Positions 56,201 to 62,200 of a stretch of 64,000 nucleotides of DNA are shown piece after piece (position 1 is the stretch's first letter; each line of letters opens with the position of its first letter). The translations under genes and the position numbers were made by a program. Where the stretch lies: positions 21,638,001 to 21,702,000 of the forward strand of contig CM074517.1 of NCBI GenBank assembly GCA_037379345.1. Reading direction: 5' to 3'. The DNA is from Perna viridis. Taxonomy: Eukaryota. The notes under the pieces are model-generated. The model did no database searches. It was given only the letters and a program-made list of their open reading frames with translations, and was not told the DNA's origin.

Positions 56201-59200
56201 TCCGTAACGGAGGCTGCAAGTACAACTGCTGGAAAAATGACCACTACTGAAATTGAATCGACAAAAACGGAACCCACTACCACCACTGAATTTCAAACTA
56301 CGACAGTCGAGGGAACAACTTCCACTGCACAAGAAACAACCACAGAATTGGTGACGACCACTGTAGAACCAACTACTACCACGGCTGCAGAAACTACAAC
56401 AGTAGAGGTCACTACTACCAAAACGGAGGCTGCAATTACACCTTCTGAGCAAATGACCACTAATGAAGCTACAACGACAAAAGCTGAACCAACTACCACC
56501 ACTGAAGCTCAAACTACGATACCTGAGGCCACTACTACATCTGCACAAGAAACAACTACTCAAACTGTGACGACCACAGCAGAAGCAACTGCAACCACGG
56601 CTGCAGAAACTTCAACTGTAAAGGTCACTTCGACAACGGAGGCTGCAACTAGAACTTCTGAGCAAACGCCCACTACTAAAGCTGCAACAACATATGAACC
56701 AACTAACGCCACAGAAAAAATAACTAAGAGAGCTGAGGCAACAACTCACATGGCTGTAGAAACTACAACGTTAGAGGTCACTACCATAACGGAGGCTGCA
56801 ACTACATTTTCTGAGCAAACCACCACTATTGTAGCTGCAACGACAACAGCTGAACCAACTGCCACCACTGAAACACAATCTACGATAGGTGAGGCAACTA
56901 CAACAACTGCACAAGAAACAACCACACAGGTTGTGACCACCAAAGCAGAACCAACTACTACAACAGCTACAGTAACTACAACGGTAGAGGTCACATCCGT
57001 AACGGAGGCTGCAACTACAACTGCTGGGAAAATGACCACTACTGAAATTGCATCGACAAAAACGGAACCAACTACCACCACTGAATTTCAAACTACGACA
57101 GTTGAGGCAACTACAACAACTGCACAAGAAACAAGCACAGAAGTTGTCACGACCACAGCAAAACCAATTATTACTACTACGGCTGCAGAAACAACAACGG
57201 TCGAGGTGACTTCCTCTACGCAGGCTACAACTACAACTGCTGAGGAAATGACCACTACTGAAGCTGCATCGACAAAAATAGAACCAACCACCACCACTGA
57301 AGCTCAAACTACGACAGTTGATGCAACAACTACAACTGCAAAAGAAACAACCACAGAAGTTGTGACGACCACAGCTAAACCAACTACTACCACGGCTGCA
57401 GAAACTACAACAGTAGAGGTCACTACTCCCACAACGGAGGCTGCAATTACACCTTCTGAGAAAATGACCACTACTGAAGCTACAACGACAAAAGCTGAAC
57501 CAACTGCCAACACTGACACACTATTTACGATAGGTGACGCAACTACAACTGCACAAGAAACAACCACACAGGTTCTTACAACCACAGCAGAACCAACTAC
57601 TACAAAAGCTACAGAAACTACAACAGTAGAGGTCACATCCGTAACGGAGGCTGCAAGTACAACTGCTGGGAAAATGACCACTACTGAAGTTGAATCGACA
57701 AAAACGGAACCAACTACCACCACTGAATTTCAAACTACGACAGTCGAGGGAACAACTTCCACTGCACAAGAAACAACCACAGAAGTTGTGACGACCACAG
57801 CAGGACCAACTACAACCACGGCTGCAGAAACAACAACAGTAGAGGTCACTACTCCCAAAACTGAGGCTGCAATTACACCTTCTGAGCAAATGACCACTAC
57901 TGAAGCTACAACGACAAAAGCTGAACCAACTACCACCACTGAAACGCAAACTACGATACCTGAGGCAACTACTACATCTGCACAAGAAACAACTACTCAA
58001 GCTGTGACAATAACAGGAGAACCAACTACTACCACGGCTGCAGAAACTACAACATTAGAAGTAACTACCACAACGGAGGTTGCAAGTTCAACGGCTGAAG
58101 AAACTACCACAACTGAAGCTGCAACAACAACAGCAAAAACAACTACCATCACTAGAGGACTACATATGACAGCTGAGGCACCTTCTACAACTGCACGGGA
58201 AGCAACTCTTCAAGCTGTGATGTCCACAGCAGAACCAACTACTACTACGGCTGCAGAAACATCAACGGTAGAGGTCCCTTCCACTACGCAGGCTACAACT
58301 ACAACTGTTGGGGAAATGACCACTACGGAAGCTGCATCGACAAAAACAGAACAAACTACCACCACTGAAGTTCAAGCTACAACTGCACAAGAAACAACTC
58401 TTCAAGCTGTGACGCCCAGAGCAGAACCAACTACTACCACGGCTGCAGAAACTTCAACAGTAAAGGTCATTTCGATAACGGAGGTTGCAACTACAACTTC
58501 TGGGAAACCGTCCACTACTGAAGCTGCAACGACAGCAGCTGAACCAACTGCCACCACTGAAACACAATCTACGATAGGTGAGGCAACTACGACAACTGCA
58601 CAAGAAACAACCACACAGGTTCTTACAACCACAGCAGAACCAACTGCTACAAAAGCTACAGAAACTACAACAGTAGAGGTCACATCCCTAACGGAGGCTG
58701 CAAGTACAACTGCTTGGAAAATGACCACTACTGAAGTTGAATCGACAAAAACGGAACCAACTACCACCACTGAATTTCAAACTACGACAGTCGAAGGAAC
58801 AACTTCCACTGCACAAGAAACAACCACAGAAGTTGTGACGACCACTGTAGAACCAACTACTACCACGGCTGCAGAAACTACAACAGTAGAGGTCACTACT
58901 CCCAAAACGGAGGCTGCAATTACACCTTCTGAGCAAATGACCACTACTGAAGCTACAACGACTAAAGCTGAACCAACTACCACCACTGAAGCTCACACTA
59001 CGATACCTGAGGCAACTACTACATCTGCACAAGAAACAACTACTCAAGCTGTGACGACCACAGCAGAAGCAGCTACTACAACGGCTGCAGAAACTTCAAC
59101 TATAAAGGTCACTTCGACAACGAAGGCTGCAATTACACCTTCTGAGAAAATGACCACTACTGAAGCTACAACGACAAAAGCTGAACCAACTACCACCACT

Positions 59201-62200
59201 GAAACGCAAACTACGATACCTGAGGCAACTACTACATCTGCACAAGAAACAACTACTCAAGCTGTGACGATAACAGGAGAACCAACTACTACCACGGCTG
59301 CAGAAACTACAACATTAGAAGTAACTACCACAACGGAGGTTGCAAGCTCAACGGCTGAAGAAACTACCACAACTGAAGCTGCAACAACAACAGTAAAAAC
59401 AACTACCATCACTAGAGGACTACATATGACAGCTGAGGCACCTTCTACAACTGCACAGGAAACAACTCTTCAAGCTGTGATGACCACAGCAGAACCAATT
59501 ACTACTACGGCTGCAGAAACAACAACGGCAGAGGTCCCTTCCACTACGCAGGCTACAACCACAATTGTTGGGGAAATGAACACAACGGAAGCTGCATCGA
59601 CAAAAACAGAACCAACTACCACCACTGAATTTCAAACTACGACAGTTGAGGGAACAATTACCACTGCACAAGAAACAACCACAGAGGTTGTGACGACCAC
59701 AGCAAAACCAACTATTACTACTACGGCTGCAGAAACAACAACGGTTGAGGTGACTTCCTCTACGCAGGCTACAACTACAACTGCTGACGAAATGACCACT
59801 ACTGAAGCTGCATCGACAAAAATAGAACCAACCACCACCACTGAAGCTCAAACTACGACAGTTGATGCAACAACTACAACTGCAAAAGAAACAACCACAG
59901 AAGTTGTGACGACCACAGCTAAACCAACTACTACCACGGCTGTAGAAACTACAACAGTAGAGGTCACTACTCCCACAACGGAGGCTGCAATTACACCTTC
60001 TGAGAAAATGACCACTACTGAAGCTACAACGACAAAAGCTGAACCAACTGCCACCACTGACACACTATTTACGATAGGTGACGCAACTACAACTGCACAA
60101 GAAACAACCACACAGGTTCTTACAACCACTGCAGAACCAACTACTACAAAAGCTACAGAAACTACAACAGTAGAGGTCACATCCGTAACGGAGGCTGCAA
60201 GTACAACTGCTGGGAAAATGACCACTACTGAAGTTGAATCGACAAAAACGGAACCAACTACCACCACTGAATTTCAAACTACGACAGTCGAGGGAACAAC
60301 TTCCACTGCACAAGAAACAACCACAGAAGTTGTGACGACCACAGCAGGACCAACTACAACCACGGCTGCAGAAACAACAACAGTAGAGGTCACTACTCCC
60401 AAAACTGAGGCTGCAATTACACCTTCTGAGCAAATGACCACTACTGAAGCTACAACGACAAAAGCTGAACCAACTACCACCACTGAAACGCAAACTACGA
60501 TACCTGAGGCAACTACTACATCTGCACAAGAAACAACTACTCAAGCTGTGACAATAACAGGAGAACCAACTACTACCACGGCTGCAGAAACTACAACATT
60601 AGAAGTAACTACCACAACGGAGGTTGCAAGTTCAACGGCTGAAGAAACTACCACAACTGAAGCTGCAACAACAACAGCAAAAACAACTACCATCACTAGA
60701 GGACTACATATGACAGCTGAGGCACCTTCTACAACTGCACGGGAAGCAACTCTTCAAGCTGTGATGTCCACAGCAGAACCAACTACTACTACGGCTGCAG
60801 AAACATCAACGGTAGAGGTCCCTTCCACTACGCAGGCTACAACTACAACTGTTGGGGAAATGACCACTACGGAAGCTGCATCGACAAAAACAGAACAAAC
60901 TACCACCACTGAAGTTCAAGCTACAACTGCACAAGAAACAACTCTTCAAGCTGTGACGCCCAGAGCAGAACCAACTACTACCACGGCTGCAGAAACTTCA
61001 ACAGTAAAGGTCATTTCGATAACGGAGGTTGCAACTACAACTTCTGGGAAACCGTCCACTACTGAAGCTGCAACGACAGCAGCTGAACCAACTGCCACCA
61101 CTGAAACACAATCTACGATAGGTGAGGCAACTACGACAACTGCACAAGAAACAACCACACAGGTTCTTACAACCACAGGAGAACCAACTGCTACAAAAGC
61201 TACAGAAACTACAACAGTAGAGGTCACATCCCTAACGGAGGCTGCAAGTACAACTCCTTGGAAAATGACCACTACTGAAGTTGAATCGACAAAAACGGAA
61301 CCAACTACCACCACTGAATTTCAAACTACGACAGTCGAGGGAACAACTTCCACTGCACAAGAAACAACCACAGAATTGGTGACGACCACTGTAGAACCAA
61401 CTACTACCACGGCTGCAGAAACTACAACAGTAGAGGTCACTACTCCCAAAACGGAGGCTGCAATTACACTTTCTGAGCAAATGACCACTACTGAAGCTAC
61501 AACGACTAAAGCTGAACCAACTACCACCACTGAAGCTCACACTACGATACCTGAGGCAACTACTACATCTGCACAAGAAACAACTACTCAAGCTGTGACG
61601 ACCACAGCAGAAGCAGCTACTACAACGGCTGCAGAAACTTCAACTATAAAGGTCACTTCGACAACGAAGGCTGCAATTACACCTTCTGAGAAAATGACCA
61701 CTACTGAAGCTACAACGACAAAAGCTGAACCAACTACCACCACTGAAACGCAAAGTACGATACCTAAGGCAACTACTACATCTGCACAAGAAACAACTAC
61801 TCAAGCTGTGACGATAACAGGAGAACCAACTACTACCACGGCTGCAGAAACTACAACATTAGAAGTAACTACCACAACGGAGGTTGCAAGTTCAACGGCT
61901 GAAGAAACTACCACAACTGAAGCTGCAACAACAACAGCAAAAACAACTACCATCACTAAAGGACTACATATGACAGCTGAGGCACCTTCTACAACTGCAC
62001 AGGAAACAACTCTTCAAGCTGTGATGTCCACAGCAGAACCAACTACTACTACGGCTGCAGAAACATCAACGGTAGAGGTCCCTTCGACTACGCAGGCTAC
62101 AACTACAACTGTTGGGGAAATGACCACTACGGAAGCTGCATCGACAAAAACAGAACAAACTACCACCACTGAAGTTCAAGCTACAACTGCACAAGAAACA